Virus record (IMG/VR): IMGVR_UViG_3300008108_000006
DNA: 64,000 nt
DNA from: a virus
Taxonomy: Duplodnaviria; Heunggongvirae; Uroviricota; Caudoviricetes
Strand: one strand, 5' to 3'
In this document: positions 30,387 through 40,513 of the stretch, one piece after another
Numbering within the stretch: position 1 is the first letter of the stretch
Layout of the letters: each line of letters opens with the position of its first letter
Program-made: the position numbers and the translations under genes
Notes under the pieces: model-generated
Databases searched by the model: none
What the model saw: the letters and a program-made list of their open reading frames with translations, nothing else
Told to the model about the DNA's origin: nothing

Positions 30387-32942
30387 ATGAAAAAAATAGT
30401 GGTAATCGGTGGATTAGGTTACATCGGAACTGAACTTTGTAAATTACTATCAGGAGAATCTTGGTATCATAACATCATAGTAATTGATAGTCGGTTCATG
30501 TCAGATAAAGTAAGACAGATTAGAGATTGGGGTATGGAGTTTATCCAAGGGTCTATCTTAGATGAAGATTTACTATCTAACGTTTTAAAAGATTCTGACA
30601 TTGTGTATCATTTAGCCGGAATAACTGATGTCGCATATACTAAAACTGAAAGTAATAAAGAAAAAGATGATGAGATCAAACGAGTTGGTATTGATGGAAC
30701 GCGTAATGTTATTAAACATACACCAAAAAACGCAAAAATCATTTTCCCATCAACTCACGTTGTTTATGAAGGGTTTGAAACGACAATGTTTGATTTGGAG
30801 GAATCAGTACCAACTAAACCTGTTTTAACATACTCTACAGGTAAAGATGTATCAGAAAAAGATCTATTCACATCCGATAAAAACTTCATAATAATGAGAT
30901 TATCATCGGTTTATGGGTTATCTAGTGATACAATGAGAACTAACATTATGCCTAATTTATTCTCAAAAATAACATCACAAAATGGAGTCATTAAATTGTT
31001 TTCAGGTGGAATACAAATTAAAAGCCTAGTTTCGGTATTTGATGTCGTTAGAGCAATGAAACACTTATCAGAGTCTAATTACAACCGAGAAATTTTCCAT
31101 ATATCAAAAGAAAATGTTACGATAAAATCAGTTGCTGAAATATGTAAAAAAATAAACCCGAAGGTCTCAATAATAGAGACTGAGGACGAGATCCCTAATT
31201 TAGGATACACCATATCCAATAAAAAGTTATTATCAACAGGATTTGAATTTAAGTATAATTTAGAAACTTGTATAAAAGAAATGATTAATTCTTGGTCAAA
31301 AAAAGATTTATTGGATGACTTAGAATTTAAACTTAAAGGTGGTAAAGAATTTATTGACGATAGGGGTAAAATATTAAACTATGAATTAACAGAACCTATA
31401 AATCTTATAGGTTATATTGAATCAAAAAAAGGTACAATTAGAGCAAATCACTACCATCCTGTACAAGAACAAAAATGTTTATTAATTAAAGGAAAATATA
31501 TCAGTGTTACAAAAAATCTTATGGATGAAAATTCCATAATAGAAACTAGAATTATTAATGAAGGTGATATCGCGGTAATTAAACCGAATGTTGCACACAC
31601 TATGGTTTTTACCGAAGATTCTATTTTTCTTAATTTAGTTAGAGGTGAAAGAGAACATGAAAATTACGGGATAACTCACACAATACCGTATAAATTAGTT
31701 GATGATAAACTACGAGATATTTTACTCAATAACTATAAAATGGAGTGTAGATCTTGCGGGAACACCGAAATGTTAGATGTAATTTCACTTGGTTTATCAC
31801 CATTGGCTAATAATTTAATAAACAATACGTCAGATGACATTTCAAAATATCCTTTAGAATTAAAACACTGTGAGAAGTGTTTCAATACCCAACTATCTTG
31901 TGTTGTTGAACAAGAAAAGATGTTTGATGAATATTTGTACTTGTCATCAACCACTAATTCATTTAAAGATCATTTTAACATTGCCGCTGAAAAATATATT
32001 AAAGATTTTAACTTGAATGAGGAATCATTAGTTATTGATATTGGTAGTAATGATGGTATTGCTTTAAGAAAGTTTAAGGAAAAGAATATTAACGTATTAG
32101 GTGTAGAACCCGCAAAAAATGTTTCATTAATTGCAAATGAATCAGGTATTAACACAATTAATGGTTATTTTGATGACAAAACTTGTAACTATATATTAAG
32201 TAATTACAAATTATCTGACCTTATATTAGCATCAAATGTTTTTGCACATTCTGATTATCTTAAATCAATTACACATAACGCATTCAAACTACTAAAAGAT
32301 GGTGGAACATTTATTGTTGAAGTTCAATATCTAAAAAACACAATTGAGGATCTAACCTTTGACAATATTTACCATGAACATGTTAACTATTGGTCGTTGA
32401 ACTCTATAATCCATTTTATGAACAATCTATGTTATTGTGTTTATAACTCAGAATGGGTAAACACTCATGGGGGTTCAATTAGAGTTTACATTTCTAAAAC
32501 CAAACAGGAAATGACAACATCTTTGATAGATATGATTAATGATGAAAAAAATAGTAAAATAAATGACTATGATGTATTAAAAACTTTTAAAAAATCGGTT
32601 GAGTCTCTAAAGAATAATACATTATCTAATATAAAAAAATTAAAGGATTCAGGTAAAGTGATTGCGTGTTACGGGTCACCTGCAAAAGCAACAACCTTGT
32701 TGAACTATTTCGGTATTGATGATCGTTATATTTCATACACTATTGAGGATAATAAACTTAAACAAGGTAAATACATTCCCGGTGTTAATATCCCTATAGT
32801 ATCTAAAACACATAGTTTAGAAAATTTACCAAATGTTGTAATTGTATTAGCGTGGAATTTTTATGATGAAATCGTTAAGAATAATAAAGACCTTATTGAA
32901 AAAGGGGTTGAGTTTATCAATATTAAAGATTTATCCCAATGA
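30387..32942 (+). CDS. Tri-domain fusion: NAD epimerase, cupin and NDP-sugar C-methyltransferase
   Basis: GGLGYIG/Y...K; DDRG..RANHYH; CRSC..C..C, DIGSNDG, FDNIYHEH, YGSPAK, LAWNF. Confidence 0.8.
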   Translation: MKKIVVIGGLGYIGTELCKLLSGESWYHNIIVIDSRFMSDKVRQIRDWGMEFIQGSILDEDLLSNVLKDSDIVYHLAGITDVAYTKTESNKEKDDEIKRVGIDGTRNVIKHTPKNAKIIFPSTHVVYEGFETTMFDLEESVPTKPVLTYSTGKDVSEKDLFTSDKNFIIMRLSSVYGLSSDTMRTNIMPNLFSKITSQNGVIKLFSGGIQIKSLVSVFDVVRAMKHLSESNYNREIFHISKENVTIKSVAEICKKINPKVSIIETEDEIPNLGYTISNKKLLSTGFEFKYNLETCIKEMINSWSKKDLLDDLEFKLKGGKEFIDDRGKILNYELTEPINLIGYIESKKGTIRANHYHPVQEQKCLLIKGKYISVTKNLMDENSIIETRIINEGDIAVIKPNVAHTMVFTEDSIFLNLVRGEREHENYGITHTIPYKLVDDKLRDILLNNYKMECRSCGNTEMLDVISLGLSPLANNLINNTSDDISKYPLELKHCEKCFNTQLSCVVEQEKMFDEYLYLSSTTNSFKDHFNIAAEKYIKDFNLNEESLVIDIGSNDGIALRKFKEKNINVLGVEPAKNVSLIANESGINTINGYFDDKTCNYILSNYKLSDLILASNVFAHSDYLKSITHNAFKLLKDGGTFIVEVQYLKNTIEDLTFDNIYHEHVNYWSLNSIIHFMNNLCYCVYNSEWVNTHGGSIRVYISKTKQEMTTSLIDMINDEKNSKINDYDVLKTFKKSVESLKNNTLSNIKKLKDSGKVIACYGSPAKATTLLNYFGIDDRYISYTIEDNKLKQGKYIPGVNIPIVSKTHSLENLPNVVIVLAWNFYDEIVKNNKDLIEKGVEFINIKDLSQ

Positions 32943-33910
32943 GTAGAATTTTAGACCCAACATTTATATCAAATAGTGTAGATTATTCGTTTGGTGATCA
33001 ATCAGGTTACCATAACGGTATTTGTGAATTTAAAAATGCAAATATTAAAAACTTAGAATTTTTAGAAGTATATAATAGAATAAAGTCTGAAAAAAATGTA
33101 ATGACATTATTTATTGACAATATTCGGTTATACTCACGAAAAAATATCAAATATACCGCAATAGAATTGATTAATGAGTATAATAAAAACGCTAAGGATA
33201 ACATCGTTCAACAATATTACTATTCAGACAATGAACAAAATCTTTTAAAGTTATGTTCTCAGTTGCCTGATATGAATTTTATAATTTTCACAGGGTTTGA
33301 GGATACCCCCATAGATGAGGACATATTTGAAAATATCCCTCAAAATGTTTTGAGGATTTATGCATCCAACGCGATTGTTTTTGGTGGTAAGGTAATTCCA
33401 ATACCTTACGGTGTCCAACGAAAATTACATCAATTTGACAATAGACATGATATTATTCTAAGATATTCTAACAATAGTATTGAACCTATAAAACTTCTAT
33501 ACGTTAACCACACCAACCATAATAATGAACGTGCATTAATTTATGAAATGTTATCTAATAAACCTTGGGTAACTTGTGCAACCTCATCAGGTGTTCACAA
33601 TTATGAAAATTACTTAACAAACATATTAAATCATAAGTTTATGATATGTCCAGACGGTAACGCTATCGGTTGTGAATGTCATAGAGATTGGGAGGTATTA
33701 TATATGGGTAGGGTACCGATCGTTAAAGATTCGGAATATCTTAGAACCATCTTTAAGGGATTACCCGTACTTTTTGTAAAATCATTTAGTGATGTCACTG
33801 AAGAATTATTAATTGAAAATGATTTTTTGTATGATATGGCTAAAAAATTAGATAAAAATATGTTATCTTATGATAACTTAATAAATGATGAAATTTTAAT
33901 TAAAAATTAA
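32939..33910 (+). CDS. Exostosin (GT47)-like protein
   Basis: HKFMICPDGN...CHRDWE.L..G.VPIV. Confidence 0.65.
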   Translation: MSRILDPTFISNSVDYSFGDQSGYHNGICEFKNANIKNLEFLEVYNRIKSEKNVMTLFIDNIRLYSRKNIKYTAIELINEYNKNAKDNIVQQYYYSDNEQNLLKLCSQLPDMNFIIFTGFEDTPIDEDIFENIPQNVLRIYASNAIVFGGKVIPIPYGVQRKLHQFDNRHDIILRYSNNSIEPIKLLYVNHTNHNNERALIYEMLSNKPWVTCATSSGVHNYENYLTNILNHKFMICPDGNAIGCECHRDWEVLYMGRVPIVKDSEYLRTIFKGLPVLFVKSFSDVTEELLIENDFLYDMAKKLDKNMLSYDNLINDEILIKN

Positions 33911-34582
33911 ATGGAAAATAACACAAAAATTAAAGAGTTTTTAGAATTAAATAAAGGCGAATTTGACCAATGGTTAGTTCATAACGATCAGGGTAGAGTT
34001 GAATTAAAAGTGTTACCTTATTTACAGGATATTGAGAATGGTGTATTTGTTGAGGCGGGTGCACATGACGGACTTTTTCAGTCCAATACTAAAATTCTTG
34101 AGGATCTTGGTTGGACCGGTTTATTAATTGAACCATCAAAGTCTGTATATGAACAATGTAAAATTAACCGAACTTCGTTTGTTGAGAATTGTGCTTTAGT
34201 ATCATTTGACTATCAGAATCCGTTGATTAGTGGTAACTTTGATGGGACCCCTAGATCTGTAGTTAATCCGAATTCAAACATCGTGTCTAACGCAAGAACT
34301 TTAGATTCATTACTAACAGAAAAAAATATTAAACATGTTGATTTTCTTAGTTTAGATGTTGAAGGTTATGAGATTGAGGTTTTGAAGGGTATTAATTTTG
34401 ATACAACAACTTTTGGGTTTATGTTGATTGAGGTTAATTCCGATAGTTACACATTAGAATTTTTAGAAAATTTCTTATTAGAAAAGGGATATAAAAACAT
34501 CAAAAATATTTCAAACTTTAGATTTGATAATACCCCAGGATGGCCTGGGAACCACCAAGATTATTTATTTGTAAAAATCTAA
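33911..34582 (+). CDS. FkbM-family methyltransferase
   Basis: FVEAGAHDG..QSNT, WTGLLIEP, LSLDVEGYE. Confidence 0.85.
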   Translation: MENNTKIKEFLELNKGEFDQWLVHNDQGRVELKVLPYLQDIENGVFVEAGAHDGLFQSNTKILEDLGWTGLLIEPSKSVYEQCKINRTSFVENCALVSFDYQNPLISGNFDGTPRSVVNPNSNIVSNARTLDSLLTEKNIKHVDFLSLDVEGYEIEVLKGINFDTTTFGFMLIEVNSDSYTLEFLENFLLEKGYKNIKNISNFRFDNTPGWPGNHQDYLFVKI

Positions 34583-34584
34583 GA

Positions 34585-35556
34585 ATGAAAAAATCATTGA
34601 TAACCGGTATTAACGGTCAAGATGGGAGTTACCTGTGTGAATTTTTATTAAATAAAGGTTACGAAGTTCATGGAACCTTAAAAAGAAATTCTGTTTCAGA
34701 AAACCAAACATCTCGGTTAGACCATGTATATGATAAAGTCATATTACATTACGCTGATTTAACAGATATGTCATCACTAATTTCTGTAATTCAGAAAGTG
34801 ATGCCTGATGAAATTTATAATTTAGCAGCACAATCACACGTTAGAATTTCATTTGACCAACCATTATACACCGCAAATGTTACTGGTATAGGGACACTGA
34901 ATTTATTAGAAGCGGTTAAACTCATCAAACCCGACACTAAGATTTACCAAGCATCCTCATCTGAGATGTTTGGTAATTCTATAGATCCTGATGGATTTCA
35001 AAGAGAAACAACACCGATGAATCCTGTTTCACCTTATGGTTGTGCTAAGGTATTTAGTTACAACATATGTCGTAATTATAGAAATTCATATGGTATGTTC
35101 ATCTCTAACGGTATTCTATTTAATCACGAATCACCAAGACGAGGAACTAATTTTGTAACTAACAAAGTTTGTAAAGAAGCGGTAAAAATCAAATTAGGTT
35201 TATCCAATGAACTAAAATTAGGAAATCTTGATGCTACAAGAGATTGGGGACACGCCAAAGATTATGTGAAAGCCATGTGGGAAATATTACAATTAGAGGA
35301 TCCTGATGATTTTGTATGTTCTACGGGGGTATCACATTCAGTAAAAGAATTATGTGAATATGTTTTCACAAAACTTGGGTTAGAATGGTCTGAATACGTT
35401 AAACAAGATGAGAAGTTCTTAAGACCTGAAGAATTAAATGACTTAAAGGGTGACTCAACTAAATTAAAAAATAAGACCGGATGGGTTCATGATTATACTT
35501 TTGAATCTATGTTGGATGAAATGATAGAATATTGGTTAGCTTATTATGGAAAATAA
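34585..35556 (+). CDS. gmd: GDP-mannose 4,6-dehydratase
   Basis: ITGINGQDGSYL, YNLAAQSHV, QASSSEMFG, SPYGCAK, FNHESPRRG..FVT, RDWGHA; ATG at 34585. Confidence 0.95.
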   Translation: MKKSLITGINGQDGSYLCEFLLNKGYEVHGTLKRNSVSENQTSRLDHVYDKVILHYADLTDMSSLISVIQKVMPDEIYNLAAQSHVRISFDQPLYTANVTGIGTLNLLEAVKLIKPDTKIYQASSSEMFGNSIDPDGFQRETTPMNPVSPYGCAKVFSYNICRNYRNSYGMFISNGILFNHESPRRGTNFVTNKVCKEAVKIKLGLSNELKLGNLDATRDWGHAKDYVKAMWEILQLEDPDDFVCSTGVSHSVKELCEYVFTKLGLEWSEYVKQDEKFLRPEELNDLKGDSTKLKNKTGWVHDYTFESMLDEMIEYWLAYYGK

Positions 35557-36298
35557 AATATTAGTAACAGGTAAGGGTCTTATCGGATCTGAATTTACCG
35601 ATGTGACTAAAACCGGATCTGAGTTTGATTTGAGAAACAAAATTGTGTCAGATGATTTAATTTATCATCACACTCCAAAGTATGTTATTCATACCGCGGG
35701 TAAAGTTGGGGGTTTAGGTGCTAATATGAATATGTTAGGTGAATTCTATTATGACAATATCATGATGAATACTAATATCATTGAAAGTTGTAGAATTTAT
35801 GGTGTTGAGAAACTAATATGTTTCTTATCTACTTGTGTTTTTCCTGATAATGTCGAATATCCTTTAAACGATAACTATAACTTAGAAAATGGACACGTTA
35901 TTCCATCTTTAATACATAAAACTTATTTAGCTAAGAAAAATAATACCGATCTAATTATTTGGGGATCGGGTGAACCATTAAGGGAATTCATATATTCAAA
36001 AGACGTTGCTAAAATTTGTATGATCCTTCTTGAAAAATATGATAATACGGAACCTATAATTCTATCCACATCGCAAGAAATAACAATACGTGAAGTTGTT
36101 GAAATGATTGTGGATATTATGGAGTTTAAAGGTAACGTTATTTATGATACCACAAAACCCGATGGTCAATATAGAAAACCATCTGATAATACAAAACTTT
36201 TATCTATTATTGGTGACTTTGAGTTTACCCCAATAAGAAAAGGTCTCGAGGAGACTATTGAATTTTTTGTAAAAAACTATAATATTTTAAGAAAATAA
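35546..36298 (+). CDS. fcl: GDP-L-fucose synthase with an apparent internal deletion of the catalytic YxxxK segment
   Basis: AGKVGG..AN, STCVFP, HVIPSLI, WGSG.P.REF, KPDG; no Y..AK segment between YPL and NDNY. Confidence 0.8.
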   Translation: MENKILVTGKGLIGSEFTDVTKTGSEFDLRNKIVSDDLIYHHTPKYVIHTAGKVGGLGANMNMLGEFYYDNIMMNTNIIESCRIYGVEKLICFLSTCVFPDNVEYPLNDNYNLENGHVIPSLIHKTYLAKKNNTDLIIWGSGEPLREFIYSKDVAKICMILLEKYDNTEPIILSTSQEITIREVVEMIVDIMEFKGNVIYDTTKPDGQYRKPSDNTKLLSIIGDFEFTPIRKGLEETIEFFVKNYNILRK

Positions 36299-36302
36299 TT
36301 AA

Positions 36303-37022
36303 ATGACTAGACGTAAATCAAATTTGTCTTTGGAGGAATCAAAACCTTTATCAAAAAAGGACATTATTAACAAAATTGTTACAAAGAAATCAAAAGATAA
36401 ATTTTTAACAGATAATCAAAAAAAGTATTATGATACTTTGGTTAGTAACCAAATAACTATCTGTTCAGGTCCTGCGGGTGTTGGTAAATCATTTATCGCG
36501 ATGAAAGCCGCGGTGGATTTATTGGTTGATCACAACACACCATATGAAAAAATTATCATTGTAAGACCGGCTGTTGAAGCAGAAGAAAAGTTAGGTGCTT
36601 TACCCGGTAATTTAGAAGAAAAGTTGGATCCGTATATCTTCCCATCCTATTACCTATTAAGTAAAATTATTGGTAAAGACGCTAAAGAAAAATTGGTAGA
36701 AAATGAGGTGGTTGAGGTATTCGCATTGGCTTATATGAGAGGTATGAACATTGACAACTCTATCTTAATCTTCGAGGAGGGTCAAAACGCAACTCCTAAG
36801 CAAATGAAATTACTTATGACACGTATTGGGTATAACAGTAAGTTTTTCATCTCAGGTGACCTAGAACAGACTGATAGGTATAAAGAAAAAACACAATCGG
36901 GATTGTACGACGCACTTCAGAGATTTAACGATATCAACGACATTGGTATCTTTGAATTCTCAAATGAGGACGTAGTTAGAAACCCACTTATTTCTAAAAT
37001 ATTAAAAAAATACGAAGAATGA
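36303..37022 (+). CDS. phoH: PhoH-family ATPase
   Basis: GPAGVGKS, RPAVEA.E.LG.LPG...EK, YMRG, EEGQN, GD..Q.D, VVRNP. Confidence 0.92.
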   Translation: MTRRKSNLSLEESKPLSKKDIINKIVTKKSKDKFLTDNQKKYYDTLVSNQITICSGPAGVGKSFIAMKAAVDLLVDHNTPYEKIIIVRPAVEAEEKLGALPGNLEEKLDPYIFPSYYLLSKIIGKDAKEKLVENEVVEVFALAYMRGMNIDNSILIFEEGQNATPKQMKLLMTRIGYNSKFFISGDLEQTDRYKEKTQSGLYDALQRFNDINDIGIFEFSNEDVVRNPLISKILKKYEE

Positions 37023-37615
37023 GGATTGGTATTGATGTAAATGGTGTTCTTCGGGACACCATCGGTAAATTCAAACAAACTTATGAAAAATTTTTGATCG
37101 AGAAATCTGAGGTTTTTGAAAATGACGAGTTTGAATATAAAATCACAGAACCTATTGATTCACTAACTTTGACTAATCACTTTACATTTAAGGATGAAGA
37201 GGAGTATTTGTCATTTATGTTTGAAGAATTTCCAATGCAGATTTTTGGTCACGCAGGTTCCACAGAACTTTCAACCTTTCACGATTTACAAGATTTTTAT
37301 TTGGAAAATAGGGATAAACATGAAATAACTATATTTTCACAAGAAAAGGGTAAAACTAAACCTGCCACCCTGTTTTTCCTGTCTAAATTTGGTTGTGAGG
37401 TAGAATCTGTTAAATTTTATAATCAAACAACCGTAGATAGACTTTGGGAAGATTATGATTTAATTTTAACAAGTGACCCCGAATTACTTTCAAAAGTTAC
37501 AATTTTTACTATATTGATAAAATATAATACTGAATATAATAAAAACAGTAAAATTACTTGGAACGTTGACACGTTTAAGGAATTTAACGAACTAATTAAA
37601 AAAGAAATAAAATGA
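37019..37615 (+). CDS. HAD-fold 5'(3')-deoxyribonucleotidase-like protein
   Basis: MRIGIDVNGVLRD (motif I variant); C-terminal YN. Confidence 0.55.
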   Translation: MRIGIDVNGVLRDTIGKFKQTYEKFLIEKSEVFENDEFEYKITEPIDSLTLTNHFTFKDEEEYLSFMFEEFPMQIFGHAGSTELSTFHDLQDFYLENRDKHEITIFSQEKGKTKPATLFFLSKFGCEVESVKFYNQTTVDRLWEDYDLILTSDPELLSKVTIFTILIKYNTEYNKNSKITWNVDTFKEFNELIKKEIK

Positions 37616-37887
37616 TTGAATTATTCGGAGAACACTATTTTATCGATATTGAAAAAATAGAACAATTCATTAACATCCCTAAACAAGAAACTGTTAGTGG
37701 TGATACGGGAGAACAACATATCAGTGTTGTTAAATACGAGGTGGTTAAAACCATGATCGATGTTGTTATGGGTGAGGAAGAAGACTTTGATGATAACTTA
37801 GGACTTAAAAGTGCTAAGAACGCATCACTACCTTTCAAACTAGCTTTCAACACAATGCTTAAACATAAATTTATTGAACACTTATAA
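37612..37887 (+). CDS. Hypothetical protein
   Basis: 91-aa ORF with ATGA overlap. Confidence 0.6.
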   Translation: MIELFGEHYFIDIEKIEQFINIPKQETVSGDTGEQHISVVKYEVVKTMIDVVMGEEEDFDDNLGLKSAKNASLPFKLAFNTMLKHKFIEHL

Positions 37888-37888
37888 T

Positions 37889-38935
37889 ATGGATCAAAAT
37901 TTGATTGAAAAAGTAAAATTGTCTATTTCGAACATAGAATCTAAAAAATTTAGAATTTATTTCTTTGTTCAAGACACAAAAGGAAACGCCAAAGCGTCCT
38001 TATCATACATCTATCGTATGGCAATGTCATTAAAAACCGAAGGTTATAATCCGATCATGTTACATGAAAAACCCGACTACATTAAGGTAGGTGAATGGTT
38101 AGGTGCTGAGTTTGACGAACTTGAGCATCAATCTGTTGAGGGTCAAAATTTGGCTATCGCTCCCGAAGATATTTTAGTTATTCCTGAAATATTTGGTTAT
38201 GTGATGGAACAAGTTGCAAATCTTCCTTGCGGAAAGATCGTTTTATGTCAAGCATATGATCATGTGTTTGAAACCTTAGCACCAGGTACAACATGGAACC
38301 AATTTGGATTTTTGAAGTGTGTTGTTACGTCAGAAAACATGAAGAATTATATGGACGATATTATGAAAAGTATTTCATATACAATTATCGAACCAATAAT
38401 TTCCCAACATTTCACTAAAGACAAGTATCCCGCAAAACCAATCGTCGCGGTTCATTCAAGAGAACAAAGAGATGGACTAAACTTCATCAAACAGTTTTAT
38501 TTGAAATTTCCACAATTTAGATGGGTTACCTTCCGTGATATGAGAGGTATGTCAGAGGAACAATTGGCTAACACCATTAAAGATTGTTTCGTATCGGTTT
38601 GGATTGACCCCACGAGTTCTTTTGGGACTTATCCATTAGAATCTATGAAAATGGGGGTTCCGGTAATTGGTAAGACACCTAATTTGAAACATGAATGGAT
38701 GAAACAAGAAAACGGTGTTTGGGTAGAGAATCAATTAGATATGGTTAATGTTTTGGCTAATTATTTACAAAATTGGTTGGAAGATAACATTAATTCAGAA
38801 TTATACACTAATGGTATTGAAACTGCGGAAAAATTTAGTAATAATGAAAAATTCTCTAAGGAAGTTGTTGCATTATTCAGTGACTTTTCAAATAAACGTA
38901 AAGACGTATTCAGTCAGCAATTAAACAATCAATAA
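37889..38935 (+). CDS. GT-B-like glycosyltransferase
   Basis: DILVIPE, FGTYPLESM..G.PVIG; ATG at 37889. Confidence 0.65.
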   Translation: MDQNLIEKVKLSISNIESKKFRIYFFVQDTKGNAKASLSYIYRMAMSLKTEGYNPIMLHEKPDYIKVGEWLGAEFDELEHQSVEGQNLAIAPEDILVIPEIFGYVMEQVANLPCGKIVLCQAYDHVFETLAPGTTWNQFGFLKCVVTSENMKNYMDDIMKSISYTIIEPIISQHFTKDKYPAKPIVAVHSREQRDGLNFIKQFYLKFPQFRWVTFRDMRGMSEEQLANTIKDCFVSVWIDPTSSFGTYPLESMKMGVPVIGKTPNLKHEWMKQENGVWVENQLDMVNVLANYLQNWLEDNINSELYTNGIETAEKFSNNEKFSKEVVALFSDFSNKRKDVFSQQLNNQ

Positions 38936-38936
38936 T

Positions 38937-39743
38937 ATGGAAAACAAATTTGATATATCAGTAATACTACCAATTAAATCTTCTAAGGTTAAAGATTTTG
39001 ACACTTACTTTGAAAAATCAATCAACTCTTTGAGATTACAAAAGGTTTCATTGAATGAGGTTATCATTGTTCCAACACAAGAAGAATCTCTAAACACTTT
39101 ATTAAAAAGTTATGACTTTGGGGATCTTAATGTAAAGATCGTTCCTTTTGTGGGTGAACCTAATTTTGCATCTCAGGTTAATTTTGGGGTCGAAAACGCA
39201 ACATCTAAATGGATTTCTATTTTGGAATTTGATGACGAATATGCAACAATATGGTTTGATAATGTGAAAAAATATGATGAGATCTATCAAGATGAGGTTG
39301 ATGCTTATCTTCCTATTGTTGTGGATGTTGATAATAAAGGGGTGTTTGCCGGTTTTACAAATGAAGCAACATTCGCAGCGGGATTTACAACAGAGATTGG
39401 TTATTTAACCAACGACATGTTACACGACTATCAAAACTTCCAAAGTTCGGGAATGGTTATGAAAAGAGAACAATTTTTAGATTTTGGTGGAATCAAACCA
39501 TCTATGAAACTAACCTTTGTTTATGAGTTCTTGTTGCGAATGACCTACAATTCGGTTAAAATCATGACAATCCCAAAGATGGGATATAAGCACGAAAATT
39601 TAAGAGAAGGTTCTATTTTTTGGAATTATAAATTTGGTGAAGATAAAATTGTCGATGATGAGGTTAAGTTTTGGTTAAATACCGCAAAAAAAGAATATTT
39701 CTTTAATCAGGATAGAAGCATAAAATACGAACCTATTTCTTAA
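38937..39743 (+). CDS. GT2 glycosyltransferase
   Basis: ISVILPI, N.GV..A...WISILEFDD, FGG. Confidence 0.7.
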   Translation: MENKFDISVILPIKSSKVKDFDTYFEKSINSLRLQKVSLNEVIIVPTQEESLNTLLKSYDFGDLNVKIVPFVGEPNFASQVNFGVENATSKWISILEFDDEYATIWFDNVKKYDEIYQDEVDAYLPIVVDVDNKGVFAGFTNEATFAAGFTTEIGYLTNDMLHDYQNFQSSGMVMKREQFLDFGGIKPSMKLTFVYEFLLRMTYNSVKIMTIPKMGYKHENLREGSIFWNYKFGEDKIVDDEVKFWLNTAKKEYFFNQDRSIKYEPIS

Positions 39744-40486
39744 TGTTATCCGCTTCAACTGAAGAGACCACAATACAATTCAGAAGAAAGGGTAGAAAAA
39801 CACTCAAGGATAACTATTTTGATGTTAGAGAGGAAATGGCGGTTAGGATGTTCTTAACCGCCACCACTTTTAATGAAAGAAATAAAATATACAACGAGTT
39901 TTTAAGAGATCCTTTAGATAAAATGATATCTTCAATTATTAGAAGATATAAATTGTATCGAAAAGATATGAATTTTGATGAAATTCATATTGACACCCAC
40001 TCGTTTCTTATGACCAAGATCGAGAAGTTTTCACCATCAAAAGAGAAAAAAGCGTATTCTTATTTTGGAACTATTTGTAAAAACTATTTAATGGGTCAAA
40101 TCATCAAAGACCAAAAAGATACAAATAGAAAAATATCATACGAAGATATTTCAAGTAATTTAGAGAATAGACCCGACATGGTTTATTATATTGATAATGA
40201 CATGATTGATGCTGAAGATATTATAAATAAGTTTAAGTTAGACTTAAAAAAATTTATGGATCAAAGTGAAATGACACACAGTGAGAGAAAATTGGGTGAG
40301 GCGTTAATTGTTATTTTTGAAAACTACGAGGAAACTTTTCCTAGTTCAGATAATAATAAATTTAACAAAAATGTAATTTTATTAACTCTTCGTGAGATGA
40401 CAAATCTATCAACAAAAGAGATTAGAACATCAATTAAGAAATTTAAAAAACTATATGGAATAACTCTTAATGGTATGATTGATTAA
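39743..40486 (+). CDS. Phage sigma factor (T4 gp55-like late sigma)
   Basis: Region-2-like KFSPSKEKKAYSYFGTICKNYL; helical C-terminus. Confidence 0.65.
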   Translation: MLSASTEETTIQFRRKGRKTLKDNYFDVREEMAVRMFLTATTFNERNKIYNEFLRDPLDKMISSIIRRYKLYRKDMNFDEIHIDTHSFLMTKIEKFSPSKEKKAYSYFGTICKNYLMGQIIKDQKDTNRKISYEDISSNLENRPDMVYYIDNDMIDAEDIINKFKLDLKKFMDQSEMTHSERKLGEALIVIFENYEETFPSSDNNKFNKNVILLTLREMTNLSTKEIRTSIKKFKKLYGITLNGMID

Positions 40487-40513
40487 AAATAAACACACTA
40501 AATATTTATAGTT

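Noticed and set aside
12344-39743. Bacterial O-antigen or capsule locus (host contamination)
   Set aside because: It is interleaved with phage-type dut, phoH, exonuclease and sigma genes, lacks export genes, and shows no obvious compositional break from the phage flanks.
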